Assembly: GCA_963700145.1 (NCBI GenBank)
Contig: OY969474.1
Location: 4,704,001-4,768,000, forward strand
From: an uncultured Acidobacteriota bacterium
Lineage (GTDB): Bacteria > Acidobacteriota > Thermoanaerobaculia > Multivoradales > UBA5704
Direction: 5' to 3'
DNA: 64,000 nt
The translations under genes were made by a program, and so were the position numbers. The notes under the pieces are model-generated. The model made no database searches and was not told where the DNA came from. It saw only the letters and a list, made by a program, of their open reading frames with translations. Of the stretch, positions 21,314 to 30,971 are shown piece by piece (position 1 is the first letter of the stretch; each line of letters starts with the position of its first letter).

Positions 21314-23062
21314 TCAGACCATCTCCTTGACCCGGTCGGACAGGACGGTGAGCGCGATCTTGCCGCGGTTGGGCTCGCCCTTGGCCAGCGACAGGGCGAA
21401 CTTCCGCGCCTGCTTGGCGGTGATCTTGGGCGGCATCGGCGGCTCGAAGGGATCGACGACCGCCTCGACGACCACCGGCCCCGGCGTCGCGAGCGCCTCG
21501 TCGAGCACCGCGCCGCAGAGGGCAGGGTCCGCGACCGTGAGCCCGGTGGCGCCGCAAGCGCGGGCGAAGGCGGCGAAGTCGATCGGCTGGAGCTCGCAGC
21601 CGTACTCCGGGTTGCCCAGGAAGACCATCTGCTCCCACTTGATCATGCCGAGCGTGTTGTTCTTGATCACCACGACCTTGATGGGCAGCTCGTACTTGAC
21701 GGCGGTCGCGAGCTCCGCCATGAGCATCGAGAAGGCGCCGTCGCCGACGAAGGCGACGCACTGGCGGCCGGGGTAGGCGATCTGGGCGGCGATCGCGTAG
21801 GGGAGGCCGTTGGCCATCGAGGCGAGGGTGCCCGAGAGCGAGAACATCTGCCCGCGCCGGGCGGGGATCTGGCGCGCGAACCAGGTGGCGACCGTCCCCG
21901 AGTCGCAGGAGACGATGGCGTCGTCGGCCAGGCGCTTGCCCAGCTCCCAGGCAACGACCTGCGGCTTCATCGGCGTCTCCGGCCGGGTGCCGCGCTCCTC
22001 CATCAGCTCCCGCCACTCACCCATCCCCTCCTGCGCCTTCTCGAGGAACCGGCGGTCCTCGTTGCGCGGCAGGAGCGGCAGCAGCGCCTGCAGCGTGCGC
22101 CGGCTGTCGCCCACCAGACCCACCTCGACCGGGTAGCGCAGTCCGATGCGGACCGGGTCGAGGTCGATCTGGACGCCGCGCGCCTTGCCGGGGTCGGGGT
22201 AGAACTCGATGTAGGGGAAGGACGTCCCCACCATCAGCAGCGTGTCGCACTCCTCCAGTGCCTCCTGCGACGGGCGCGTGCCGAGGAGGCCGATGCCGCC
22301 GGTGGTGTAGGGGCTGTCGTCCGGGACGCAGGCCTTGCCGAGGAGCGGTTTGACGATCGGGGCGCCGAGCCGCTTGGCCGTCTCCAGCAGCTCGTCGGTC
22401 GCCCCGAGGGCGCCGCGGCCGGCGAGGATCGCCACCTTGCGCCCGGCCGAGAGCACTGCGGCGGCGGCGGCGAGGTCCTCCTCGGCGGGAAGGGCGCCGC
22501 CGCGCGCGAAGACGTCCGAGGTGTGGTGCGGGCGGTTGCGCTCCGAGCGCGGGCCCCCCTCCAGCTCCTGCAGGTCCACGGGGAAGGTGATGTGGGCGAC
22601 GCCGCGGTACGCCAGCGCCGAGCGGCAGGCGAGGCTGGCGACGTTCTCGACGTGCGCCGGGCCCATCACCCGCGCGTTGTAGACCGCCACGTCCTCGAAG
22701 ACGCGGTCGAGGTCCACGTCCTGCTGCGCGTAGGTGTCGATCAGGTCGTGGAAGTGGTGGCCGGTGATGGCGAGGACCGGCTGGCCGTCGAGCTTGGCGT
22801 CGTAGAGCCCGTTGAGGAGATGCAGGCCGCCGGGCCCCGAGGTGGCGACGCAGACGCCGAGCTTGCCCGTGTACTTGGCATAGGCGCAGGCCATGAACGC
22901 CGCCGACTCCTCGTGGCGCACCTGGACGAAGCGCACCTCGTCCTGCCGCCGCCGCAGCGCCTCCATGATGCCGTTGATGCCGTCGCCGGGGAGGCCGAAG
23001 ACCACCTCCACCCCCCAATCGACGAGCACGTCGACGAGCACCTCGGCCGCCGTCTGGGCCAT
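21314..23062 (-). CDS. Thiamine-pyrophosphate-dependent pyruvate oxidase/dehydrogenase (PoxB-like)
   Basis: VFGLPGDGING, VRHEESAAF, TSGPGG, GDGAF...KNN TPP motif. Confidence 0.9.
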   Translation of the reverse strand: MAQTAAEVLVDVLVDWGVEVVFGLPGDGINGIMEALRRRQDEVRFVQVRHEESAAFMACAYAKYTGKLGVCVATSGPGGLHLLNGLYDAKLDGQPVLAITGHHFHDLIDTYAQQDVDLDRVFEDVAVYNARVMGPAHVENVASLACRSALAYRGVAHITFPVDLQELEGGPRSERNRPHHTSDVFARGGALPAEEDLAAAAAVLSAGRKVAILAGRGALGATDELLETAKRLGAPIVKPLLGKACVPDDSPYTTGGIGLLGTRPSQEALEECDTLLMVGTSFPYIEFYPDPGKARGVQIDLDPVRIGLRYPVEVGLVGDSRRTLQALLPLLPRNEDRRFLEKAQEGMGEWRELMEERGTRPETPMKPQVVAWELGKRLADDAIVSCDSGTVATWFARQIPARRGQMFSLSGTLASMANGLPYAIAAQIAYPGRQCVAFVGDGAFSMLMAELATAVKYELPIKVVVIKNNTLGMIKWEQMVFLGNPEYGCELQPIDFAAFARACGATGLTVADPALCGAVLDEALATPGPVVVEAVVDPFEPPMPPKITAKQARKFALSLAKGEPNRGKIALTVLSDRVKEMV

Positions 23063-23077
23063 AAACCTTGTCGGGAG

Positions 23078-23093
23078 TGCAAGATCAGTACCG
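23078..23093 (-). promoter_or_regulatory. Putative sigma54 (-24/-12) promoter of the TPP-enzyme operon
   Basis: Minus strand reads CGGTACTGATCTTGCA (GG-N10-GC), 16 nt above the ATG at 23062. Confidence 0.6.
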
Positions 23094-23104
23094 GCGGCTG
23101 GCAG

Positions 23105-23656
23105 CTAGCCGGCGCTCTCGCGCGGGAGGATGTGGATGTCCATCTCGACCCCGCCGCCGGCGCGGCGGGTTTCCCGCACTTCGACGCGATCGCCGTAGTG
23201 GTTGGCGACGCCCTGGATGATCCCTCTGGCCAGCCCGGCGAGCCCGCGGGGCGAGTCGTAGATGAAGCGGAGGTGGGCCGGGCCGGTCTGGGTGAATTGG
23301 AGCCGCGGCGGCCGGGCGCCGGGGGTGGTGGCCCGGACGACGGTGTGGATCGTCTCCTCGGTGTTGAGCAGCAGCTCGAGCGTCCCCCAGGTCTCCGGGA
23401 TCAGCGGGGCGTAGAGCTCCAGCAGCCAGGGCGTCATGAACTCGCCGAAGCTTTCCAGGAACTGCGGATACGGCTGGTGCCGCCACAGGAAGGCCGCGCA
23501 GTGGAGCAGTGCGAAGGCCTCCCAGTCGGGGTAAGCCTCGGTATTCAGATAAGGCCGCTCCGGGACGTTGGCCGCCCGCACCAGCTCCGGCCACGCGGCC
23601 GCGCCGTGAGAGGCGGTCACGTAGTTCTGGAGCTGCAGGAAGATGCTGCCGTGCAT
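23105..23656 (-). CDS. Heme NO-binding (H-NOX) protein
   Basis: MHGSIF start, YPD, LESFGE, proximal His (EETIHTVV), YxSxR (YDSPR). Confidence 0.88.
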   Translation of the reverse strand: MHGSIFLQLQNYVTASHGAAAWPELVRAANVPERPYLNTEAYPDWEAFALLHCAAFLWRHQPYPQFLESFGEFMTPWLLELYAPLIPETWGTLELLLNTEETIHTVVRATTPGARPPRLQFTQTGPAHLRFIYDSPRGLAGLARGIIQGVANHYGDRVEVRETRRAGGGVEMDIHILPRESAG

Positions 23657-23673
23657 CTGGACGCCCGGCCGCC
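23641..23673 (+). repeat. Direct repeat A, copy 1 (H-NOX start codon region)
   Basis: AGATGCTGCCGTGCATCTGGACGCCCGGCCGCC matches 27553-27586 with one indel and one mismatch. Confidence 0.8.
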
Positions 23674-23689
23674 GCAGGCGACGCCGGTC

Positions 23690-24976
23690 CTAGCAGGGAG
23701 GCCAGGCGAGCGGCGTCATCTTGGGCGAGGTCTCGAGATAGAGGAGGGCGTCGTAGTGGCGGGCGGGGACGATGCGCGTCTCGCTCAGCAGGTAGCGCGC
23801 GCCGGGCTTGAGGAAGGGCGGCTTCCCGCCGGGGAAGTCGAGATCGACCAGCAGGTGATCGTGCCCGAAGCCGGAGAGGAGCGCCTCGACCGAGGTGGTC
23901 CAGAAGCCGTCGACGCGCCCGCACCCCGACTGACCCCAGTCGATCGAGGTCTCGAGCGACACCAGGCCGATCACCGCGTAGGCGGGGCCGAGCGCGCGGT
24001 CGAGATAGGTGCCCATCGACTCGTAGCGATACCCTTCGCGGCTGTTCTTCGCCAGGTGGACGTTGTGCGCCCAGACGGCGGTGCGGGCGCCGGGGTGGCG
24101 AAGGTCGCGGATCGCGCGCAGCGCGTAGGCCATGCCGGCGTCGCGCGCCGCGAAGCCGCGGGGGAAGTCGGTGTCCCGGTAGTAGGCCAGGTCCTCCCAG
24201 GCCTGGAGCCCGACCAGGCGCAGCCGCGCCCAGCTCAAATCGGCGCGCGAGGTGGCGCGCACGATGGCCCCTTCCTCCCGCGAGAAGAGCGCGCCGACCG
24301 CCGCCAGGGCCTGGACGCACGCCTGGTGGTCGCCGTGGGGCACCGGCAGGAGGTCGGTCCCCTCGTCGAAGCCGTCGCAGCGCTTCACCCCGGCCACTCG
24401 CGGGTCGCTGGCCGGCACGCCGATCCGGGCCAGGAAGGCGAGCAGGGCGGGGCCGTCGCGGTCCGGCTGCTGGATGTCGAAGCCGAAGAAGTGGACCTTG
24501 TCGCGGGGCTTCGGGTGGGCGCGGTTCCAGGCGCACATCCAGGCCACGAGGTCGCGCACCTCGGCGCTCTGCCAGACGCCGAAGAGGCCGCGCAGGGCCT
24601 CCTCCGGCGCGCCGCCGCAGCTCGCCACGTAGGCGGCCACCTGGTCGGCCCGGTCCCACGGGCTCTCGAAGGCGAAGGCGCGGAAGCCCAGCCGCTCGAC
24701 GAGGTAGCGGAAGGCGCGGTGCTTCATCCGGTAGTAGCCGCCGGAGGTGTGGATCGACTCGCCGAGCCCGACGAAGGAGGCGGGGCCGACGATCTGCCGC
24801 AGCGGCTCGAGGTCGGCGAGCGGGAGGTTCGCGCTCGTCCCATCGAGGCGGAAGATGCCGGGGGCGATAGGGTTGCCCACCGGCTTCGGCGGCTTGGGCT
24901 TGCGCGCGGGCATCGCCTCCTGCGCGACGCCGGCGAGGGCGACGAGGAGCGCGGCGGCGAGGCGCAAGGCCGGCAT
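23690..24976 (-). CDS. Secreted erythromycin-esterase-family hydrolase
   Basis: Signal peptide; VGLGESIH, GFRAFAFES, FFGFDIQ, ARDAGMA, VWAHNVH, SMG.YL, YDALLYL. Confidence 0.85.
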   Translation of the reverse strand: MPALRLAAALLVALAGVAQEAMPARKPKPPKPVGNPIAPGIFRLDGTSANLPLADLEPLRQIVGPASFVGLGESIHTSGGYYRMKHRAFRYLVERLGFRAFAFESPWDRADQVAAYVASCGGAPEEALRGLFGVWQSAEVRDLVAWMCAWNRAHPKPRDKVHFFGFDIQQPDRDGPALLAFLARIGVPASDPRVAGVKRCDGFDEGTDLLPVPHGDHQACVQALAAVGALFSREEGAIVRATSRADLSWARLRLVGLQAWEDLAYYRDTDFPRGFAARDAGMAYALRAIRDLRHPGARTAVWAHNVHLAKNSREGYRYESMGTYLDRALGPAYAVIGLVSLETSIDWGQSGCGRVDGFWTTSVEALLSGFGHDHLLVDLDFPGGKPPFLKPGARYLLSETRIVPARHYDALLYLETSPKMTPLAWPPC

Positions 24977-25057
24977 TTGTGCTCATCTTAACTCGCCACT
25001 CCGCTCGGTGGCTCACACCGCGGCGAAGCGTAGGATAGGTGCTGGAGGGCACGGGCG

Positions 25058-25384
25058 ATGACGACCGATCGGCGGCTACAGCTCTTCTACGCGTGCACGT
25101 TCGGTGTCGTGGGTGTGCTGGGCGTCCGCTACTCCGACCTATGGGTGGGGGTCCTGTTCTTGGTCCTGGCCGCCCTGTTCTTTGTCGGGGTTTCCAAGAA
25201 AGTGGAGAACTTTGTGTACTACGCGCTCACGCTGGTGGCGGCCGGCGGCCTCCTCCTGCAGCGCCTGAAGAGTGCCGTGGAAAGCGGCCAGACGCGCGAG
25301 GTTCTCTTGTTGACCGCGCTGATCATGCTCCTCGCCGCCGGCGGGCTCCTGGCCTACCTCAGGCGGCGGAGCGCCCGAACCTAG
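25058..25384 (+). CDS. Hypothetical membrane protein (~4 TM)
   Basis: SD GGAGG; four hydrophobic segments. Confidence 0.6.
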   Translation: MTTDRRLQLFYACTFGVVGVLGVRYSDLWVGVLFLVLAALFFVGVSKKVENFVYYALTLVAAGGLLLQRLKSAVESGQTREVLLLTALIMLLAAGGLLAYLRRRSART

Positions 25385-25398
25385 CCAGGGAGGCCGCG

Positions 25399-25905
25399 AT
25401 GAAGAGGATCGAGACCCTGCTGCAGGAGCTCGAGCGGGAGGCGCTGGTCACTCGGCGCGTGCTCGAACGCATCCCTGACGATGACCGACTCGCCTGGCGG
25501 CCGCACGAGAAGGCCAGGACGTTGGGCCAGCTCGCCTTGCATGTCGCCACCGTGCCTGAAGGCGTCGCGCGTTTGGTCGCCTCGCCCTCGCCCGCCCAAG
25601 CGCCGCGTTTCGACCAAGACCCGGCCCCGGCGAGCGCCACCGAGCTGGTGCCGACGCTCGAGCAGAGCGTGGTCGCGGCCCGCGAGGCGCTCGCCGGCCT
25701 CGACGACGGTGCGCTGGACGCGCCCTGGAAGCTCATGGATGGCGATCGCGAGCTGTTCGAGACCACGCGCGGGCAGATGCTGCGCTCGATCATGCTCAAC
25801 CACTGGTATCACCACCGCGGGCAGCTCACCGTCTACCTGCGGGCCCTGGGGCTCGCGGTGCCGTCCGTCTACGGCCCGAGCGCCGACGAGAACCCCTTCG
25901 CCTGA
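25399..25905 (+). CDS. DinB-family protein
   Basis: SD GGGAGG; TRRVLERIP, WRPHEKARTLGQLALHVA, NHWYHHRGQLTVYLR, VPSVYGPSADE. Confidence 0.9.
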   Translation: MKRIETLLQELEREALVTRRVLERIPDDDRLAWRPHEKARTLGQLALHVATVPEGVARLVASPSPAQAPRFDQDPAPASATELVPTLEQSVVAAREALAGLDDGALDAPWKLMDGDRELFETTRGQMLRSIMLNHWYHHRGQLTVYLRALGLAVPSVYGPSADENPFA

Positions 25906-25937
25906 GCGCCCGCGCCCAGTCGAGAAAGGAGCACGAA

Positions 25938-26237
25938 ATGTACGTCGTTCGCGAGATCATGCACTGCCGCCCCGGCCGGGTGCGCCCGATGGTGGAGCGG
26001 TTCAAGGCCATGGGGGCGGTGATGGAGAAGCTGGGCAAGAAGCGGCCGCGCATCCTCACCGACCTGAGCGGCGCCCCCTACTGGACCGTGATCGCGGAGT
26101 TCGAGGTCGAGGACCTGGCGTCCTTCTTCAACATGGACGACAAGGCGATGGCCGAGGCCGGCGCGGCCGAGATCATGGCCGGCTACCACGACGACGTGGA
26201 CCACGGGCGGCGCGAGATCTACAAGGTCGAGGGCTGA
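25938..26237 (+). CDS. Small dimeric alpha/beta-barrel (NIPSNAP-like) protein
   Basis: SD AAGGAG; VREIMHCRPG...RILTDLSG..YWTV..E.EVEDLA...GRREIY. Confidence 0.65.
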   Translation: MYVVREIMHCRPGRVRPMVERFKAMGAVMEKLGKKRPRILTDLSGAPYWTVIAEFEVEDLASFFNMDDKAMAEAGAAEIMAGYHDDVDHGRREIYKVEG

Positions 26238-26319
26238 AGACGCAGCGCCGACGGAGAGCCGGCGGCTGCCCGGCGCAACGATTCGCGGGCTGAGGATGCG
26301 GCCGAGCTAGGAGAGAACG

Positions 26320-26775
26320 ATGAGCGCAAAGAGGGCCACGCAGAAGTCCGCCAAGAGCACCACCGCGAACAAGAAGTCCAAGGGATTCACGGACGAGGAA
26401 CGAGACGCGATGAAGGAGCGCGCCCGGGAGCTGAAGTCGGCCGCCGACGGGGAGAGCGCCGTGCTCGCGAAGATCGCCGAGATGCCGGAACCGGATCGCG
26501 CCATGGGCAAGCGGCTCCATGCGATCGTCAGAGCCAGCGCGCCAGGCCTCTCGCCGAAAACCTGGTACGGGATGCCCGCGTATGCCAAGGACGGCAAGGT
26601 CGTCTGCTTCTTCCAGAGCGCGCAGAAGTTCAAATCGAGGTACGCGACGTTCGGCTTCAGCGACGAGGCGAACCTCGACGAAGGCGTCATGTGGCCGACC
26701 TCCTTCGCGCTGAAGGAGTTGACCCCCGCCGCAGAGGCAAAGATCGGCGCGCTCGTGAAGAGAGCGGCGAGCTGA
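26320..26775 (+). CDS. DUF1801 (YdhG-like) protein
   Basis: [53 protein letters not shown]. Confidence 0.85.
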   Translation: MSAKRATQKSAKSTTANKKSKGFTDEERDAMKERARELKSAADGESAVLAKIAEMPEPDRAMGKRLHAIVRASAPGLSPKTWYGMPAYAKDGKVVCFFQSAQKFKSRYATFGFSDEANLDEGVMWPTSFALKELTPAAEAKIGALVKRAAS

Positions 26776-26845
26776 TGAGGGGCTGATCCCGAAGATCCAG
26801 CATCATGAACGCGAAGGCGACGCCTTTGCAGGGAGGAGCACAGCC

Positions 26846-27448
26846 ATGAAATTGATCGTCAACACGTTCCTGACCCTCGATGGCGTCATGCAGGCGCCGG
26901 GCGGCCCCGACGAGGACCGGGAGGGTGGCTTCCAGTGGGGCGGCTGGAGCGCCCCCTACTTCGACGAGGAGATGGGGAGGACGGTACAGGAGAGCTTGGC
27001 GCGGGCGAGCGGGTTTCTGCTCGGTCGCAAGACCTACGACATCTTCGCGGCCTACTGGCCGACGGCGACCGGGGACCTCGAGATCGCCGAGATCCTCAAC
27101 TCGCGCCCCAAGTTCGTGGCCAGCCGGACGCTGAGGGAGCCCGCGTGGCAGCACACCACGGTGATCGGCGGCGACGTCGCGGCGGAGGTCGCGCGCCTGA
27201 AGGGCGAGGCCGGCGCCGAGCTCAACGTGCAGGGAAGCGGCAACCTCCTGCAGAGCCTCCACGGCCTGGTCGACGAGTACCGGCTGTGGATCTGCCCGGT
27301 GCACCTCGGTAGCGGCAAGCGCCTGTTCGAGGGCGGATCGGAGGCGAGCGGGCTCGAGCTGGTGGAGTCGCGCACCAACTCGCTGGGTGCCGTCTACGCG
27401 GTCTACCGTCCGACCGGGACACCGCAGACAGGGCTGATGGGCGCGTGA
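26846..27448 (+). CDS. Dihydrofolate-reductase-family (RibD C-terminal) protein
   Basis: FLTLDGVMQAPGGPDED, LLGRKTYD, GSGNL, LVDEYRL...P..LGSGKRLF. Confidence 0.9.
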   Translation: MKLIVNTFLTLDGVMQAPGGPDEDREGGFQWGGWSAPYFDEEMGRTVQESLARASGFLLGRKTYDIFAAYWPTATGDLEIAEILNSRPKFVASRTLREPAWQHTTVIGGDVAAEVARLKGEAGAELNVQGSGNLLQSLHGLVDEYRLWICPVHLGSGKRLFEGGSEASGLELVESRTNSLGAVYAVYRPTGTPQTGLMGA

Positions 27449-27552
27449 GCGAACCCCTCCGAACCTAGCCAGATTCGAGACCAGGGGCGCGGCGCCACGG
27501 TCTTGGGGCCAGCCGCTGAAGAAGGCGATGCCGGGGGTGTAAGCAGCGGCCG

Positions 27553-27586
27553 AGATGCTGCCGTGCATCCTGGGCGCCCGGCCGCC
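27553..27586 (+). repeat. Direct repeat A, copy 2 (orphan H-NOX 5' fragment MHGSI)
   Basis: AGATGCTGCCGTGCATCCTGGGCGCCCGGCCGCC; the minus strand reads ATG CAC GGC AGC ATC, identical to the H-NOX start. Confidence 0.8.
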
Positions 27587-27600
27587 TCGCCGTTCTATTC

Positions 27601-28704
27601 TTAAGCCACTTCTTGGCTGCTGCCAGCCGGCAGACTCTTTGCAGCCCGCACAGGCCGGAGCGCATCATGCGAAGCCAGGCCAGCTTTCGGCCGCCGCGCC
27701 AGCGCCGCGGCGCCCACCACGCCCGCTATGCCCGCCATGCCGATACCGGCCGCCGCCAGCAGCCAGCCGCGGTTCCGCGCCACCCACCACTGCCAGCTCT
27801 GCGCGTGCGCCTTGTCGTCGAAGGGGCCGTGCGCGCCGTGGTCGCCGGGCACCGGCGCGTAGAGGTTGTCTTGCCGGCGGGGGTCGATCGGCTCGTCGCT
27901 CTGTTGCCCCTCGAAGGCGCGCGCCACGTACCAGTCGCCGGCCGCCGGCGCCAGCCGCTGGCCGAGGATCGCCGTCACCGTGGGCATCCCGAGCCAGTAC
28001 TCGCGGCGCGGATGGCGCGCGGCGTGGACGATCGCCCGCGCCGCCACCTCGGGCTGGAAGATCTTGCCCAGCGGCTGCGGCTCGTGGTCGAGCGTCGTCT
28101 TCGACCAGGTGAACTGCGGCGTGTTGAGCGCCGGCAGGTGGACGGCTGTCAAGCGCACGCGGCTGCGGTCGTGGATGAGCTCGGAGCGCAGCGAGTCGGT
28201 GAAGCCGACGACCGCGTGCTTGGCGGCGCAGTAGGCGGCCTGCAGCGGGATCGAGCGGTAGGCGAGGGCCGAGCCGACCTGGACGATCGTGCCGCGGTCG
28301 CGCGGCAGCATGCGGCGCAGCGCCGCCAGCGTGCCGTAGACCGTGCCGTGGTAGGTGACGTCGGTCACCCGCCGCAGGTCCTCGACGGCCAGGTCCTTGA
28401 CCGGCGTCATGACCGTCGCCATCGCGTTGTTGATCCAGACGTCGATTGGGCCGAGCTGCTCCTCGACGGCCCGCGCCGCCGCCTCGACTTGCGCCGCGTC
28501 GGCGACGTCGGTGGGGATGGCGAGGGCGAGCGCGCCGGCTTCCTCCGCCTCGATCGCCGCGCCTTCCAGCCCGTCCTCGCCGCGCGCCAGGAGACCGATC
28601 GCCGCGCCGCGCAGCGCCAGCTCGCGCACGATCGCCCGCCCGACGCCCGCCGAGGCGCCGGTGACCACCACTACCCAGGGTTGTTTGCGCTTTCTTGCCG
28701 CCAT
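27601..28704 (-). CDS. Short-chain dehydrogenase/reductase
   Basis: TGASAGVG, WINNA, VGSALAY, YCAAK (YxxxK). Confidence 0.92.
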   Translation of the reverse strand: MAARKRKQPWVVVVTGASAGVGRAIVRELALRGAAIGLLARGEDGLEGAAIEAEEAGALALAIPTDVADAAQVEAAARAVEEQLGPIDVWINNAMATVMTPVKDLAVEDLRRVTDVTYHGTVYGTLAALRRMLPRDRGTIVQVGSALAYRSIPLQAAYCAAKHAVVGFTDSLRSELIHDRSRVRLTAVHLPALNTPQFTWSKTTLDHEPQPLGKIFQPEVAARAIVHAARHPRREYWLGMPTVTAILGQRLAPAAGDWYVARAFEGQQSDEPIDPRRQDNLYAPVPGDHGAHGPFDDKAHAQSWQWWVARNRGWLLAAAGIGMAGIAGVVGAAALARRPKAGLASHDALRPVRAAKSLPAGSSQEVA

Positions 28705-28730
28705 GGTCGACTCCCTTCACCCTCCTTCCC

Positions 28731-28746
28731 AGCAAGTTCGGTTCCA
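28731..28746 (-). promoter_or_regulatory. Putative sigma54 promoter of the SDR gene
   Basis: Minus strand reads TGGAACCGAACTTGCT (GG-N10-GC); SD GGGAG follows. Confidence 0.65.
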
Positions 28747-28760
28747 GAAGGGGGCTCCCA

Positions 28761-30971
28761 GTGACCGAGGCGGCAATCCGGCAAGACTCTCCGGCCGCCT
28801 GGCTGGGCTCCTCGCTGCTCGTCACCGACGACCAGGGGGCGTGCGGACCGGCCCTGCCGCTCAGCGGCTTCTACGTGCGCGAGGTCCGGCACCTCGCCCT
28901 CCTGCGCCTGGAGATCGACGGCGGGGCACCCTGGTGCTGCGAGCGCGCGCGGCCCGACACCGAGCAGCTCGCCTTCGTCTTCGTCCACCCGGAGATCGCC
29001 CGCGAGGGGGGCAGCCCCGAGGAATCGACGACCGACGAGCACGGCATCCCGCACCGCGCGCTCGACCTCCGCCTGACCTACCGCGTCGAGCCCCACCGGC
29101 TGCGCGCCACCCTGCGGCTGCGCAACCGCTCGCGCAAGCACATCGCCCCCGAGGTGGCCTTCGTCGTCGGCGCCGACTACGCCGACCTGCTCGAGGCGGA
29201 CGAGGGGCTGCGCAAGCAGGAGGCCCCGGTCGCCGCCGGCGTCGAGGAGGGCGTCATCCGCTTCCGCTACCGGCACGCGGACCCGCGGCTCGCCTTCTCG
29301 ACCTCCGTCCGGGGCTGGGGCGACGGCGTCGTCAGCGTCGAGCCCGGCCGCTGGGCGAGCCGCGTGGAGCTGCCGCCGCAGGGGGAGGCGACCTGCGAGC
29401 TGCAGGTGGACGCCGTCGATCCGGACCTCGAGATGGACGACGCGGCGCGCTCCGCCCGCCTCCACGACCTCGGCCGCTGGCGGGTGGGTTTCACGAAGGT
29501 GGTGGTGCCCGGCAACCCGCTGGCCGAGCGCATCCTCGGCCGCGCCGCCGCCGACCTGGCCTCGTTCCCGCAGCTCGAAGGGGAGCCCGACGAGTGGCTG
29601 GCGCTGCAGGCGGGCATGCCGCTCTACCCGGCCTTCTTCGGCCGCGACGCGCTCACCGCCGGCTGGCAGGGCGCCCTCCTCGACCGCGGCGCGACGCTCG
29701 ACGCCGCCCTGACCCGGCTGGGCCGGCTCCAGTCGGCGCGCGACTTCGCCTGGCGCGACGAAGAGCCGGGCCGGATCCCCTACCAGGTGCGCTCGGGCCC
29801 GCTCGCCCGGCTCGAGGTCAACCCCTACTCGGCCTATTACGCGGACTTCGCCGGCCCGCTGATGTACGTCATCTCGCTCGCCAACCTCTACGCCTGGACG
29901 GGGGAGCGCGAGGACGTCGAGCGGCACTGGCCGACCGCCTGCCGCATCCTGGAGTGGGCGGAGACCCGCGGCGACCGCGACGGCGACGGCTACCTCGAGT
30001 ACCTCACCCAGTCGCCCGTCGGCACCAAGAACCAGGGCTGGAAGGACAGCGACGACGCCATCCTCTACGAGGACGGCCGCCGGGTGCCGGCGCCGATCGC
30101 CACCTGCGAGATCCAGGGCTACTGGTACGCGGCCCGGCAGGGCATGGCGGTGCTTGCCTGGGTGCGCGGCGAGCGCGCCCGCGCCCGCGAGCTGTGGCGC
30201 GCCGCGCGCGACCTCAAGCGGCGCTTCAACCGCGACTTCTGGGACCCGGAGGAGCGCTTCTACGGCCTGGCGCTCGATCCCGGCAAGCGCCTGGTGCGCG
30301 CCGCGGCTTCGAACGTCGGCCACTGCCTGGCGTGCGGGATCATCGCCCGCGAGCGGCTGCGCGACGTCGTCGACCGCCTGCTCGCGCCCGACATGTTCAG
30401 CGGCTGGGGCGTGCGCACGCTGACGACGCGGCACGTGGCCTACAACCCGCTCGCCTACCACCTCGGCACGGTGTGGCCGGTCGAGAACGCCACCATCTGC
30501 TTCGGCCTGCGCCGGATGGGCTTCGGCGCCGAGGCGGTGCGCCTGGCCGAGGCGCTCTTCGGGCTGTCGCAGCTCTACGCCGGCGAGCGCATGCCCGAGT
30601 GCGTCGGCGGCTACGCCCGCGACGAGCACCCGACGCCCGGGGCCTACCCGCGCGCCAACAGCCCGCAGACCTGGAACGCGAGCGCTCTCTGGCTGGTGCT
30701 GCAGGCCCTCCTCGGGATGCTGCCCTACGCCGCGCGCCACCTCCTGGTGGTCGATCCGCTGCTGCCGCCCTGGCTGCCGGAGGTCGAGCTGCACGGCCTG
30801 CGGGTCGGCAAGACCACCGCCACGCTGCGCTTCTGGCGCGACGACCGCGGCCGCACCCGCGCCCGCGTCCTCGAGCAGGACGGCCCCCTCCACCTCGTCC
30901 GCCAGCCGCCGCCCGAGGCGGTCGGCGTCGGCCTCGGCCGGCGGCTCCGCGCGCTTCTGCCGCCGAAGTAG
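28761..30971 (+). CDS. Amylo-alpha-1,6-glucosidase (glycogen debranching, GDE_N + GDE_C)
   Basis: AGMP.Y..FFGRDAL, EEPGRI, DRDGDGYLEY, NQGWKDS, EIQGYWY, SNVGH, SGWGVRTL, YHLGTVWP, PQTW. Confidence 0.9.
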   Translation: MTEAAIRQDSPAAWLGSSLLVTDDQGACGPALPLSGFYVREVRHLALLRLEIDGGAPWCCERARPDTEQLAFVFVHPEIAREGGSPEESTTDEHGIPHRALDLRLTYRVEPHRLRATLRLRNRSRKHIAPEVAFVVGADYADLLEADEGLRKQEAPVAAGVEEGVIRFRYRHADPRLAFSTSVRGWGDGVVSVEPGRWASRVELPPQGEATCELQVDAVDPDLEMDDAARSARLHDLGRWRVGFTKVVVPGNPLAERILGRAAADLASFPQLEGEPDEWLALQAGMPLYPAFFGRDALTAGWQGALLDRGATLDAALTRLGRLQSARDFAWRDEEPGRIPYQVRSGPLARLEVNPYSAYYADFAGPLMYVISLANLYAWTGEREDVERHWPTACRILEWAETRGDRDGDGYLEYLTQSPVGTKNQGWKDSDDAILYEDGRRVPAPIATCEIQGYWYAARQGMAVLAWVRGERARARELWRAARDLKRRFNRDFWDPEERFYGLALDPGKRLVRAAASNVGHCLACGIIARERLRDVVDRLLAPDMFSGWGVRTLTTRHVAYNPLAYHLGTVWPVENATICFGLRRMGFGAEAVRLAEALFGLSQLYAGERMPECVGGYARDEHPTPGAYPRANSPQTWNASALWLVLQALLGMLPYAARHLLVVDPLLPPWLPEVELHGLRVGKTTATLRFWRDDRGRTRARVLEQDGPLHLVRQPPPEAVGVGLGRRLRALLPPK

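Noticed and set aside
20318-24991. Very long ORFs such as 20318-24991 (+), 396-3632 (+), 30397-33876 (-), 47715-50990 (-), 57520-60502 (+)
   Set aside because: Antisense or off-frame shadows of recognisable genes. Stop codons are rare at this GC content and the translations lack motifs.
25058-27448. Integron cassette array (run of short same-strand genes)
   Set aside because: No attC-like RYYYAAC...GTTRRRY hairpins between the genes and no intI.
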